A DNA stretch of 43,470 bases from a virus (IMGVR_UViG_3300044836_000007:1-43470); one strand, 5' to 3'. Shown: positions 1 through 8,618, counted from the stretch's first letter. Notes: generated by a model not told the origin, from the sequence alone. Translations and numbers: made by a program.

Positions 1-127
1 GACTACCCCACATCGATCGAGGTTACCGACTATCAGGAGTCGTAGTCATGGACACGCTGGCACCCCATCGCTGGGAACATGCCCGGCGAGAACTGCTCAT
101 CCAAACCGGCCGGACAACAGAACAGGA
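1..127. repeat. 127-bp terminal duplication (copy 1); circular assembly overlap
   Basis: Identical to 43344-43470; 127 is a common assembler k-mer size. Confidence 0.95.
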
Positions 128-182
128 AGCACAGGCACTCTGGCCAGAGGATGACGAAGAACAGGAGGTAACGAGCAAGTAA
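48..182 (+). CDS. Small hypothetical protein, 44 aa (MDTLAPHRWEHARRELL...)
   Basis: AGGAG RBS upstream; follows the 42660-43388 gene across the circular junction; followed by a terminator hairpin. Confidence 0.65.
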   Translation: MDTLAPHRWEHARRELLIQTGRTTEQEAQALWPEDDEEQEVTSK

Positions 183-190
183 AGAACCCA

Positions 191-226
191 AGGCCCCCAC
201 GCTTACATAGGTGGGGGCCTATCTTT
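191..226 (+). terminator. Putative intrinsic terminator
   Basis: Perfect 10-bp stem AGGCCCCCAC/GTGGGGGCCT with 10-nt loop, then ATCTTT, just after the stop at 182. Confidence 0.65.
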
Positions 227-272
227 ATGCCCCATCGGGGATGGAAGCAAGTGGACCATTGACCGTGGCTGG

Positions 273-301
273 GGGGGCGAAAATTTCGGGGGCGAAAATT
301 T
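273..301. repeat. Tandem direct repeat GGGGGCGAAAATTT x2
   Basis: Copies at 273-286 and 288-301. Confidence 0.9.
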
Positions 302-404
302 GAACACGAAATCACCGGTGAATTTATAGTCATCCACCCCCTCTAGTCATTACTCGTTATGCCCGTGTGATGACCTATGGATAGTACTGGCTTAGTCACA
401 GTCA

Positions 405-790
405 CTATTCGACCCGGCCCGGTTGCCGGGCTGCCCCCGTAAGGGGGCTAGCAGCCCGGCAGGGCCGGGGTCTAAGCGTTTAGCCCCGAGGGGATATGCG
501 CAGGCTCTTACGGCCGAGCATACCCCCGAGGGGGAGAAGGGTTTTATCAGATAAAATGAATGTCAAAGTCAGAACTTTTCAGACAAGGGTACGTACCCCC
601 AAATCTGTCGGAAAAACTTTTTTGTTTGGACAATCTGAATGTCAAACTCTGACAAAATTCTGAACAATTACCAGATAAAACCCCTTTTGCCCAGTATCTA
701 TAACGATTTCGAGCACTTTATTTTTATCAATGTTGTGCAGACACTTGCAGAACTTTTCAGATAAACTTAGACTGACTTTCGAGGGGGTCA
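405..790. other. Non-coding region with GC-rich hairpins and AT-rich repeats; candidate replication origin, genome-end region or ncRNA
   Basis: No credible ORF; nested hairpin 411-472; repeats TGAATGTCAAA (557, 636), CAGAACTTTTCAGA (570, 748), CAGATAAA (548, 672, 758). Confidence 0.55.
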
Positions 791-826
791 CCTTGGCCCC
801 CCACGCTTTGACAGATTGGACATCTC

Positions 827-1177
827 ATGCCTAAGACCTATGCCGTGAAATCCGGCAGCTTGGAAGCTCGCTCGAACACCCGCGAAGCCATCCAAAACCT
901 CGAACCGTTCACGACCTCCGGCGCACTGTCGGGAGTTGTCGGTCGCACGGATGCAGATCGACTGCGTTCCCTCGACCTCATGTGGCACAACTTCGACGCC
1001 GACCACATCGACTACACCGTGTTGAGCTACGGCACGCCCATTGCATGGCACGTTAGCCCGGACTGGGGCGGACTCGGCCTGCGTGGCGGCTGGCACATCG
1101 TCTTGCAGAAGTTCAGCCCCACCACCTCGACGCACCAGAGCGTCGTCCGCAGAGCCTTGGGCCTTAACCATGCATGA
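827..1177 (+). CDS. Hypothetical early protein
   Basis: 116-aa ORF, first of a tightly coupled operon; YTVLSYGTPIAW segment resembles small actinophage early proteins. Confidence 0.8.
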   Translation: MPKTYAVKSGSLEARSNTREAIQNLEPFTTSGALSGVVGRTDADRLRSLDLMWHNFDADHIDYTVLSYGTPIAWHVSPDWGGLGLRGGWHIVLQKFSPTTSTHQSVVRRALGLNHA

Positions 1178-1397
1178 AATCTGGGTGTGCCTCGACTGCA
1201 TGCTGGCACAGGAGACAGACGAGCAGATCGATGGCGCGTGGAGCCGACTGCCCGACAGCGGAACACACGTCGCCTGCAACTTCGACATGCACGAGGGCCG
1301 AGGAATGCATGACTACAAGTCGACACCATGCGAAGGGTGCGGAAGCAAGTTAGCCGGACAGCGTTTCAGCTACACCTTTTCGGAGGTGCCAGCATGA
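1170..1397 (+). CDS. Hypothetical zinc-binding protein
   Basis: Start MHEIWVCLDC overlaps the upstream stop; CxxC...CxxC. Confidence 0.75.
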   Translation: MHEIWVCLDCMLAQETDEQIDGAWSRLPDSGTHVACNFDMHEGRGMHDYKSTPCEGCGSKLAGQRFSYTFSEVPA

Positions 1398-1732
1398 GCG
1401 CCACAGTGCACGTGTTGGAGTTCGAGGACACGCGGATAATTGTAAGCAGCGGCAGAACGGCTATAGGGATCGAGCTGCCGTGGAAGGACATAGTGATGAA
1501 ACTAAGCCCGACCGAAGCGCGAATGTTGGCTGGCTCGCTGACCCAGCATGCCGACAGGCTCGAACAGGCACATCCTACTTACACGCGTGACGATTTGGCC
1601 TTGGCTGAGGAAGCTGTTAAGCAGGCGCGTATAGCGCAATCGAGAACTGACCGAATGAGCGAGAGTGCTGAGCAGCATTTGAGAGACGCTTACATCAACC
1701 TGCACAAAGTAGAAAAATCGATCAATGACTGA
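1394..1732 (+). CDS. Hypothetical protein
   Basis: GGAGG RBS at 1382; ATGA overlap with the upstream stop. Confidence 0.75.
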   Translation: MSATVHVLEFEDTRIIVSSGRTAIGIELPWKDIVMKLSPTEARMLAGSLTQHADRLEQAHPTYTRDDLALAEEAVKQARIAQSRTDRMSESAEQHLRDAYINLHKVEKSIND

Positions 1733-2399
1733 CACGACACAAAACATCAAAAGCCAGCGCAGGGATGCCAAAGGCAAGCTGTTGCCCAGCATCAAAGACA
1801 CGCCGACACTGCCCATTCTGCAGGCTATCAATGCTGCCTTTGCCAGCATTCGCGAGCACAACGCCGAGGTGCCGCCCGCTGTGATTGTCGTAGGGGGCAA
1901 CGGCAAGCATGGCAAGTCAATGAACCTTGGCCATTTCATCCCCGACAAGTGGGAGTCAAAAACCGGCGTGCATGAAATTGCAGTGAGCGGCGAATCACTG
2001 GCCAACGGTGCGGCTGACGTGCTCAGCACGTTACTGCATGAAACAGCTCATGCCCTCGGCGCCACACGTGGCATTCAGAATACGTCCCGACAAGGGCGAT
2101 TCCACAACAAGCGGTTCAAAGCGCTGGCTGAGGAACTGGAGCTCGAAATCGCACATGACGACAAGATCGGCTGGTCAGTGACGAGTCTGTCGGAAGGTGC
2201 GAAAAAGACCTACAAGACAGAGCTTGCTGCGCTGCGAACTGCGCTCAAGGCCTATCGCAAACCGGACAGTGAAAAGCCAACGATCAAAACGACCGTGCGT
2301 GTCGAGTGCAGCTGTCGAGGGCTGACCGTGCCTATCAAGTTCTTCTCCGACGGTGGGATTACGTGCGAGCTGTGCGACGAACCATTCGAGGAAATCTAA
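1725..2399 (+). CDS. SprT-like zinc metalloprotease
   Basis: TLLHETAH (HExxH), downstream H in FHNKRF, C-terminal CxC...CxxC zinc ribbon. Confidence 0.75.
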   Translation: MTDTTQNIKSQRRDAKGKLLPSIKDTPTLPILQAINAAFASIREHNAEVPPAVIVVGGNGKHGKSMNLGHFIPDKWESKTGVHEIAVSGESLANGAADVLSTLLHETAHALGATRGIQNTSRQGRFHNKRFKALAEELELEIAHDDKIGWSVTSLSEGAKKTYKTELAALRTALKAYRKPDSEKPTIKTTVRVECSCRGLTVPIKFFSDGGITCELCDEPFEEI

Positions 2400-2578
2400 T
2401 GCTGTGGGAGATTGGATATCGCGAGGACACGACTGGATTGACAATAAAGTGTCAAAACAAAACTCTGGCCTATTGCTTGACGCGCGACGATGCCCAATCC
2501 TTGGTTGACGAACTCAATGACATGGCTGTGATAAATGCCGAACTCAAGAAGAAGGCAGCACAATGGCTGGGCAAATAG
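2399..2578 (+). CDS. Hypothetical protein (MLWEIGYRE...)
   Basis: TAATG stop/start overlap with the SprT gene. Confidence 0.65.
   Translation: MLWEIGYREDTTGLTIKCQNKTLAYCLTRDDAQSLVDELNDMAVINAELKKKAAQWLGK
2438..2455. promoter_or_regulatory. Dyad TTGACA-N6-TGTCAA, perfect copy
   Basis: TTGACAATAAAGTGTCAA; one of 7 copies. Confidence 0.6.
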
Positions 2579-2676
2579 AAAAATCACCACTACAGGTTTG
2601 GCTGGACGCGCACGCTACGCCCGGTTGGGTGTACTCGCGCTATAAGCGAGACAGGTTAGGAAGGTTCTGCAAATGA
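2563..2676 (+). CDS. Small hypothetical protein, 37 aa (MAGQIEKSP...KRDRLGRFCK)
   Basis: Fills the operon gap; ends in an ATGA overlap with the next gene; absent from the ORF track. Confidence 0.5.
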   Translation: MAGQIEKSPLQVWLDAHATPGWVYSRYKRDRLGRFCK

Positions 2677-2846
2677 AGCTCAAAGTGCAGCTCGACATCG
2701 GAGCGAACACCCCTGAACAGATGGCGCAAGCGCTGTCCCGGCTGTCCAATGTGATTAGGCCGCTGCAAGGCTGGCCAGCGTATCGACAGCTCATCCATGA
2801 CCCGGCGACGGGCAAACCTGTCGGATACTGGACAGTGACCAAATGA
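2673..2846 (+). CDS. Small hypothetical protein, 57 aa (MKLKVQLDIG...)
   Basis: AGGAAGG RBS; ATGA overlaps at both ends; absent from the ORF track. Confidence 0.7.
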   Translation: MKLKVQLDIGANTPEQMAQALSRLSNVIRPLQGWPAYRQLIHDPATGKPVGYWTVTK

Positions 2847-3379
2847 GAAACACGAACCTAGCCACCGTTGCCGACACACTGGCTCTTGGCAAGAGCCGTT
2901 CTCGTGCTGAGATTTCGACCATAACTGGATTGAGCTATGCAACAGTGCTACGAGCGCTCAATGCGCTACGCGCTACGAGGGTAGCCGACACTTACCCGAT
3001 CGAGTACACGATCGAATCCGGCGCCATTGTGGGCGCTGCCAAGCGGAGTAGAAATCGGGGGGCTGACGGAGACGCCAGAGTGTTCGATGCAATACTCACG
3101 CAGAAACATTTTGATGACGTGCCTTCCGTGTGGCTAGAGGCACAGGATGCACTGCTCAAGGGGCTACCTAAGCTCAACTTCGACAGCCACCGTGACCCAA
3201 CCACGCTGTACACCAACCTTGTCGGAGCGGCCGAGCTGTTGGGCAGTTTTGCCTTGGCACTCAAGCCTTACCTCAACGATCCGCTTTGGCATGACCAGAT
3301 TTCGAACGAGAAAAGCGAACCTTCACGTGGTAAGCTCAAGAAAGTTGTAGACAACAGGTTGGACTCTGATAATGCTTGA
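2843..3379 (+). CDS. HTH DNA-binding protein
   Basis: N-terminal SRAEISTITGLSYATVLRALNAL is a helix-turn-helix pattern. Confidence 0.75.
   Translation: MRNTNLATVADTLALGKSRSRAEISTITGLSYATVLRALNALRATRVADTYPIEYTIESGAIVGAAKRSRNRGADGDARVFDAILTQKHFDDVPSVWLEAQDALLKGLPKLNFDSHRDPTTLYTNLVGAAELLGSFALALKPYLNDPLWHDQISNEKSEPSRGKLKKVVDNRLDSDNA
3328..3339 (+). promoter_or_regulatory. TGGTAAGCTCAA motif (extended -10-like)
   Basis: Exact 12-mer also at 8637 (+) and 42521 (-), each upstream of a gene start. Confidence 0.55.
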
Positions 3380-3719
3380 GCTGACGATCGTCAAGGATTT
3401 TACAAACCTTGAACTGCAAATCATGGCCGAACCTGTGCTGTACGCGACTCTCGTGCTGTTGCTTATAGCAATTGTTGGCGCCGTGCTGACGCTTCATCTC
3501 AAGCACCCCGCACACAAGGGCAGGAAGGCCAAGCAGCGCAACCGTAGGGAGATTGATGATTTTCTCGATGAGGTGTACGACAACGCTTACGAGGTAGAGC
3601 CTCTAGAGCCCGGCTCGGCGCCGAACGAGTGGTACACCAACACTGACTCCATACCCATCCAGATAGACCCTGAAACCGTGCGCAAAGCACGCGAAGAAAG
3701 TAGAAAAAGCAATGGTTGA
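3372..3719 (+). CDS. Membrane protein, single TM
   Basis: Hydrophobic VLYATLVLLLIAIVGAVLTL followed by a basic stretch. Confidence 0.7.
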   Translation: MLELTIVKDFTNLELQIMAEPVLYATLVLLLIAIVGAVLTLHLKHPAHKGRKAKQRNRREIDDFLDEVYDNAYEVEPLEPGSAPNEWYTNTDSIPIQIDPETVRKAREESRKSNG

Positions 3720-3957
3720 TCTAAACGATAATGACCCTGACCTGTGGCGTAAGCAGCGTGTCGAGGACGAAATGGCCGAAGAGGATGAGCCAACTGACGA
3801 CAAAGAACTGATCGCAGAGTTGCGCATGCACCACCAGCAGTCGAAGGTGGTCACCGAGCGCTGCATCGAGTGCGGCGATCTGTGGCCGTGTATCCGTGTT
3901 CAGGCGGCTGATCGTCTTGAGGTGTTGTCTACCCCCTACTTCGAGGTGCAGCGATGA
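3712..3957 (+). CDS. Hypothetical protein with CxxC...WPC motif
   Basis: Coupled overlaps; H...CIECGDLWPC. Confidence 0.7.
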   Translation: MVDLNDNDPDLWRKQRVEDEMAEEDEPTDDKELIAELRMHHQQSKVVTERCIECGDLWPCIRVQAADRLEVLSTPYFEVQR

Positions 3958-4526
3958 GCGCGGAACTGATCTACGCGACAACGAGTGAGAAGGCTGTCGC
4001 ATTCTGGAAAACCGCAACTGCCCTCAAGGATCAAGAGCGCGAGCTGCGTCGAGCATTCGAGCAACGCATGACAGATGCCTATGGCCCCGTTGACGGAAAG
4101 GAAAGGCGTGACCTGTGGGTGCGCGGCGAGTACTGCGTCGGCGTGGACAGCGGCTACAGCGAGCGACCTCCCGCCGATTCCGGTTGGCGGTTGGACTCGA
4201 AGGAACACATCTGGATGCCAGCACTCGCGACGGCGGCAGGGAAGGCGTGGCGGAAAGAACTAGGTGAACTCACCATCTACGACATGCGTTCACATCTGGA
4301 CGAACTGGGTATCCCGGCCCTCTGTTTCGCGGGCTCCTACCTCTTCCGTCCCGGAATTGAATTCGATGACGAGACCGGCACCCTCTACAACTTCTGGGGC
4401 TCTGGCATGTGCGAGAAGGAAGTCCTCGCACACCACGCGAAGGTGCCCGAAGTTCAGTGGCGTGAGGTCAAGCGCTCCGAGTGGTACGCCATGCAAGAGG
4501 CCAAGGAAGCCGAGGTGCAGTCGTGA
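3954..4526 (+). CDS. Hypothetical protein
   Basis: 190-aa ORF, GAGG RBS, ATGA overlap. Confidence 0.8.
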   Translation: MSAELIYATTSEKAVAFWKTATALKDQERELRRAFEQRMTDAYGPVDGKERRDLWVRGEYCVGVDSGYSERPPADSGWRLDSKEHIWMPALATAAGKAWRKELGELTIYDMRSHLDELGIPALCFAGSYLFRPGIEFDDETGTLYNFWGSGMCEKEVLAHHAKVPEVQWREVKRSEWYAMQEAKEAEVQS

Positions 4527-5164
4527 CTGCCGACACAACCCGCCCGACCCTCGTGAAGGCCATGTTTGAGGTGTTGTCTACCCCAGAACCCAACGACACG
4601 GCGAAGGCGATCGTCAGCAAGATACGCGCTCATTGCACGCCGTCGTCTGAGGCGTACGAGAAGGGCGGCGACCACCTGATTCTGGCGGTCGCGGATTGGA
4701 TTGAGAATCCGCCCGAGTGGGTTCATGCGCCTTGGGTCGTAGCGGCTACCCCAGAACCCGACGAGTGGTGCATGGATGAGAAATGCGACCACCGTCATTG
4801 GCGGTCTGGTTCGATGCCGACGCATAAGCGAGGCGCTCAGTGCCCTCTCATCACTACCCCAGAACCCGAACCAAGCGACGAGCCCCCAACGCGCGAAGCC
4901 AGGATGAACGAAATAGTGATGATTCTGACTGGCCATTCCGCTGAGCAGCTCGCGCGTTTCGAGATGGAGGGCTGGAACTACTCGTGGCAGTACGCGATGG
5001 CGGACAAGATTCTCCACTCGCAGGCGGTTGCTCCCGCCGAGGTCACCCGCGAAGAAATCTGGAATGTGCTAGGGCCATTCATTGGGTCGGCCCGAATTGA
5101 GAGTGCGATTGACGCTCTCGAATCAGAGTTCCGTATCTCACACCGAAACGAGGCAGTGAAATGA
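4523..5164 (+). CDS. Hypothetical mosaic protein with three TPEP linkers
   Basis: GTGA overlap and GAGG RBS; CTACCCCAGAACCC repeated three times. Confidence 0.7.
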   Translation: MTADTTRPTLVKAMFEVLSTPEPNDTAKAIVSKIRAHCTPSSEAYEKGGDHLILAVADWIENPPEWVHAPWVVAATPEPDEWCMDEKCDHRHWRSGSMPTHKRGAQCPLITTPEPEPSDEPPTREARMNEIVMILTGHSAEQLARFEMEGWNYSWQYAMADKILHSQAVAPAEVTREEIWNVLGPFIGSARIESAIDALESEFRISHRNEAVK

Positions 5165-5559
5165 TCCCAATCGATCAGACGATCCCGTTCGAAGCTGGTT
5201 CGGTCGTGCTCGGCAACTGCCTTCAGGCGTGCGTCGCGTCCATCCATGAGCTGCCGATCGAAGCGGTTCCGCATTTCGTCCAGTTCGAGAACTTCGGTGA
5301 GGCACTTCGACTCTGGCTCGACGGACGCGGATTCGCCTTGGTCGAGCGCGCCACCTTGAAACACCCCGATATCGCGCCATGGCAGCCGGGCGTCCCCATC
5401 CTCGCCTTCGGCAAATCACCCCGAGGGGGTTGGGCACACTCTGTCGTCTGGCAAGACGGCGACCTCCTCCACGACCCGCACCCGAGCCATGACGGACTGG
5501 ACGGCGAGCCGTACGAGCTTTGGGATATCACCGTCAAGAAGGGTTCCGCTGATGTCTGA
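5161..5559 (+). CDS. Hypothetical protein, possible papain/C39-like cysteine peptidase fold
   Basis: GNCLQACVAS ... HSVVW ... HDP gives Cys-His-Asp order. Confidence 0.55.
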   Translation: MIPIDQTIPFEAGSVVLGNCLQACVASIHELPIEAVPHFVQFENFGEALRLWLDGRGFALVERATLKHPDIAPWQPGVPILAFGKSPRGGWAHSVVWQDGDLLHDPHPSHDGLDGEPYELWDITVKKGSADV

Positions 5560-5713
5560 TGTGTCTGCTATCGAAACCCGCCACGAGCCCAAGAACCCGC
5601 AGAGCATTAAGGCCGCTTCCGCAGTTCACGACAGCGCAGTACGCCTGTCAGACCGAGAGCGAATCTATGCGATCTATTTCCATTACCCCGAGACCGTTGG
5701 GGGTGTCTCATGA
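5552..5713 (+). CDS. Small hypothetical protein
   Basis: Overlap-coupled on both sides. Confidence 0.5.
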   Translation: MSDVSAIETRHEPKNPQSIKAASAVHDSAVRLSDRERIYAIYFHYPETVGGVS

Positions 5714-5892
5714 CTGACAACACCCCAACCGAGTTCGAGACGCGTTGCCGTTGGTGCAATGGCAGCATCCTGTCCATGCAGTTCGCGCCGCAGTTGAGCG
5801 ACGACTACCTGAAAGGTGCGCTGTCGCTCCACGAGGACGGTTGCAAATCGCGACCGGCCGATGCCCGATTCAACTACCAGACGGAGGCGTGA
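5710..5892 (+). CDS. Small hypothetical protein (CxxC...HxxxC)
   Basis: ATGA overlap; begins MTDNT. Confidence 0.6.
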   Translation: MTDNTPTEFETRCRWCNGSILSMQFAPQLSDDYLKGALSLHEDGCKSRPADARFNYQTEA

Positions 5893-6014
5893 TGACTGAC
5901 AACACCGAACCAACCAACGAACTGACCTCATGTACAAGGCAGCAGATTGAGTCCCAATACCCACACAGGAAGGGATTTCCCGTCCCACTCAGGGATAAAA
6001 AAGTCAATGATTGA
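5892..6014 (+). CDS. Small hypothetical protein, 40 aa
   Basis: GGAGG RBS; begins MTDNT with the same 15 nt as the preceding gene. Confidence 0.5.
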   Translation: MTDNTEPTNELTSCTRQQIESQYPHRKGFPVPLRDKKVND

Positions 6015-7956
6015 TACAGAGTTTGTGCGTGCTCAGCTTATTGAATTAGAGCAGGCGCAAGTTAGCGACGCATTAGATTTGCTCGATGCTACCGAAGCGT
6101 TGGAACGAGCTGAGCGCACACGTATTGAAAAAGACGAGGCCATTGCTCGACGCAAACGCGAGATCAGTCAGAAGCGTAAGGAACTGGAACAGGCCGAAGA
6201 CATTGCCCAAGGCGAGAGCCAAGCTGTCGAAGTCGATACCCGAGTAGAAAAACTGAATGCCAAGTTCGAGGGTATTGCTCAAGGACGCATGTGGTACGAG
6301 GGCATCTTTCCTCACCAATGGCAAGGCGCACGCTTTGGTGCCGTAGCACAGCGTTGGATTCTCGCTGATGGTGTCGGGCTCGGTAAAACGCGCACAGCGG
6401 TCGGTTGGCTTGACTTGAGCGAAGCGCGCAAAGTGCTGATCGTGTGCGAGGCCAATATCTGTGACCAGTTTGCAGGTGAGGTTATGGAGCTGGCACCCGA
6501 GCGTGAGATTTTCAATCTCTATAAGAAGTCACCCAAAAAGCGCCACGAAATTATTGATGAGATTCTGGATCGGTCGGCCGCTGTAGTTGTGGTGAACTAT
6601 GAGATTTGGCGCAAGGACAAGGATGTTCTTGGCAAGCTAATGGACTGGCAACTCGACACGCTTATTGTTGACGAGGCGCACAACCTCAAATCGACGGCGA
6701 GCGCTAATTTCAAATACATTCAAAGTATCGTGTTCTGTGACAATGTGTGCGGAAAATGCCGTAAGCATGTGCGAGGACTTTACGATGCTGAGGCACTACG
6801 AGCCAACCCGAGTAGGAAAGTACCTAAGCCCTGTGAGCACTGTGGGTGGAGGGTTGGTGAGCCTACTGGTCGTGTATTTGCAAAGCCTCTTGACACTTGG
6901 TTGTCAACAAAATCGATCAAACGTCTTTGCCTGACTACAGGTACTCCTATTCTCAACGAGCCTGCTGACATCTATCCATTACTTCATCTGGTTGACCCAC
7001 TGCTATTCCGTACAAAAAACGGCTTTCAAGACACGTATTGCCGACAGGATGTAGTTGGTAAGTGGTCGTTCAGTGCAGGTGCACTCGATAACCTCAAACC
7101 GCTGATTCGAGGACGTTTTCTCCAACGTTCGCGCGATGACGCTGGAATCATCCTCCCCGTACAGGAGGTTCGATTGATTCGCGTGGAGTTGGATAAATAT
7201 GAATACCCCAAGCAGTACAAGGCAATCCGACAGATCAGCGAGACTGCCCAGCTCATCCTTGAAAGCGGACAGGCCATGACGGTCATGCACTTGATCTCAC
7301 TCATCACGCGCAAACGTCAGGCCAACGTCTGGCCGGGAGGTATTCGTATCGTGGATAAAAATAAAGAAAGCGAAACCTATGGCGAAATTATCTTCGACGC
7401 TGGGGAGATTGACGAAAGCGTAAAGATTGACGCTGTACTCGAACAGTTACAGTCTCGTCACGTTACTGGGCGCCGACAGATTGTGTTCAGCCAGTTCAAA
7501 GAACCGTTGATCGAGCTGGAAAATCGCATTGCAAAGCTTGGCATTCGAGTTGCACGATTCGATGGAGATACACCAAAAAACCTACGCGAGAAGATCAAGA
7601 GCAACTTCGATCGCAAACAGGGTGAAGAACCCATCTGGGATGTCGTGCTTGCAAATTACAAGACCGGAGGCACTGGGCTCAACTTCACTGCTGCCACTGT
7701 TACGCACATCCTCGATGAGGAGTGGAACCCCGGCAAACGTGACCAAGGCTACGGCCGTACTGACAGAATCGGCCAGACTGAGGAAAGCGAAGTGCTTATA
7801 TACCGCATTCCGGGAAGTATTGACACTTGGATGTCAAACACGATTCATCGCAAAGAACAGATCATCGAGGGATTCAACGAAACCATGACAGGCAACGATC
7901 CAACGAGTACTGTGGAGAACCTTATGGACGCGATCAAGTCGGGTGAGATGCTGTGA
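6007..7956 (+). CDS. SNF2-family (SF2) DNA helicase
   Basis: LADGVGLGKT, IVDEAH, TTGTP, IVFSQF, GGTGLNF, WNP..DQGYGRTDRIGQ; start at ATG 6007 rather than 5947. Confidence 0.93.
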   Translation: MIDTEFVRAQLIELEQAQVSDALDLLDATEALERAERTRIEKDEAIARRKREISQKRKELEQAEDIAQGESQAVEVDTRVEKLNAKFEGIAQGRMWYEGIFPHQWQGARFGAVAQRWILADGVGLGKTRTAVGWLDLSEARKVLIVCEANICDQFAGEVMELAPEREIFNLYKKSPKKRHEIIDEILDRSAAVVVVNYEIWRKDKDVLGKLMDWQLDTLIVDEAHNLKSTASANFKYIQSIVFCDNVCGKCRKHVRGLYDAEALRANPSRKVPKPCEHCGWRVGEPTGRVFAKPLDTWLSTKSIKRLCLTTGTPILNEPADIYPLLHLVDPLLFRTKNGFQDTYCRQDVVGKWSFSAGALDNLKPLIRGRFLQRSRDDAGIILPVQEVRLIRVELDKYEYPKQYKAIRQISETAQLILESGQAMTVMHLISLITRKRQANVWPGGIRIVDKNKESETYGEIIFDAGEIDESVKIDAVLEQLQSRHVTGRRQIVFSQFKEPLIELENRIAKLGIRVARFDGDTPKNLREKIKSNFDRKQGEEPIWDVVLANYKTGGTGLNFTAATVTHILDEEWNPGKRDQGYGRTDRIGQTEESEVLIYRIPGSIDTWMSNTIHRKEQIIEGFNETMTGNDPTSTVENLMDAIKSGEML

Positions 7957-8618
7957 CTTTCGTTGCCGAGCGCTGCTGGCCCTGCATTGTTGGCCTTCAC
8001 GAAGAGTGCTTCGAGCCCTTGATTGTTGCAGACGACAGTCTCGAAGGCGATTGGACTACCTGCTGCTGCAGCTCAACACACGCTGATCCCGATGCTGCCG
8101 CATTTGTCAACAGTGTCGGGCGTCCTATGCTCACACCGGGAGAGATCACAGACCCCATCAGCACAGGGCGTAAGCGCGCTGCCGCCTACTATCCGATCTA
8201 TGAGGGCATGGAGTGTGAGTGGGCTGGGCTCCGTTTCGCTGGAGGTGGGGTAATCCCCATTGTGGGCTGTCGAGGTAACACGATCACGGATAAAAAGGGT
8301 GGCGATGAGGAGAATAAGCAAGGTGACCGTCATCATGGCCCCTCAAAGTCGACAATCAATAATGCTCCCGGAAACGTGCATCGGGTTTGCTCGGTGTGCC
8401 ATACACACTGGCATGTCGCCAATGATAAGTTCTATGACACCCCTCGGCCAGCGGCCGATCAACAGTGGTATCCAAACGCACCTTACTTCGTTCACGACGA
8501 CAGCACGCTCGCAACAATAGAAGAGCTGGAGCAGAGCGAAGAATACTGGGCTAAGAAGAACCACGGCGAGTATCCATTTGCAGCACCAGAGATCGAGAAA
8601 ATGGAAAATGATGCTTGA
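7953..8618 (+). CDS. HNH-like endonuclease, Cys-rich
   Basis: DRHHGP....NN...NVHRVCSVCHTHWH beta-beta-alpha-Me pattern. Confidence 0.6.
   Translation: MTFVAERCWPCIVGLHEECFEPLIVADDSLEGDWTTCCCSSTHADPDAAAFVNSVGRPMLTPGEITDPISTGRKRAAAYYPIYEGMECEWAGLRFAGGGVIPIVGCRGNTITDKKGGDEENKQGDRHHGPSKSTINNAPGNVHRVCSVCHTHWHVANDKFYDTPRPAADQQWYPNAPYFVHDDSTLATIEELEQSEEYWAKKNHGEYPFAAPEIEKMENDA

Noticed and set aside
4566-4867. Mini-CRISPR array
   Set aside because: Repeats are only 14 nt, in frame within a CDS and irregularly spaced (168 and 108 nt)
6736-6915. Intein in the helicase
   Set aside because: Too short and lacks the terminal His-Asn/Cys-Ser-Thr signature
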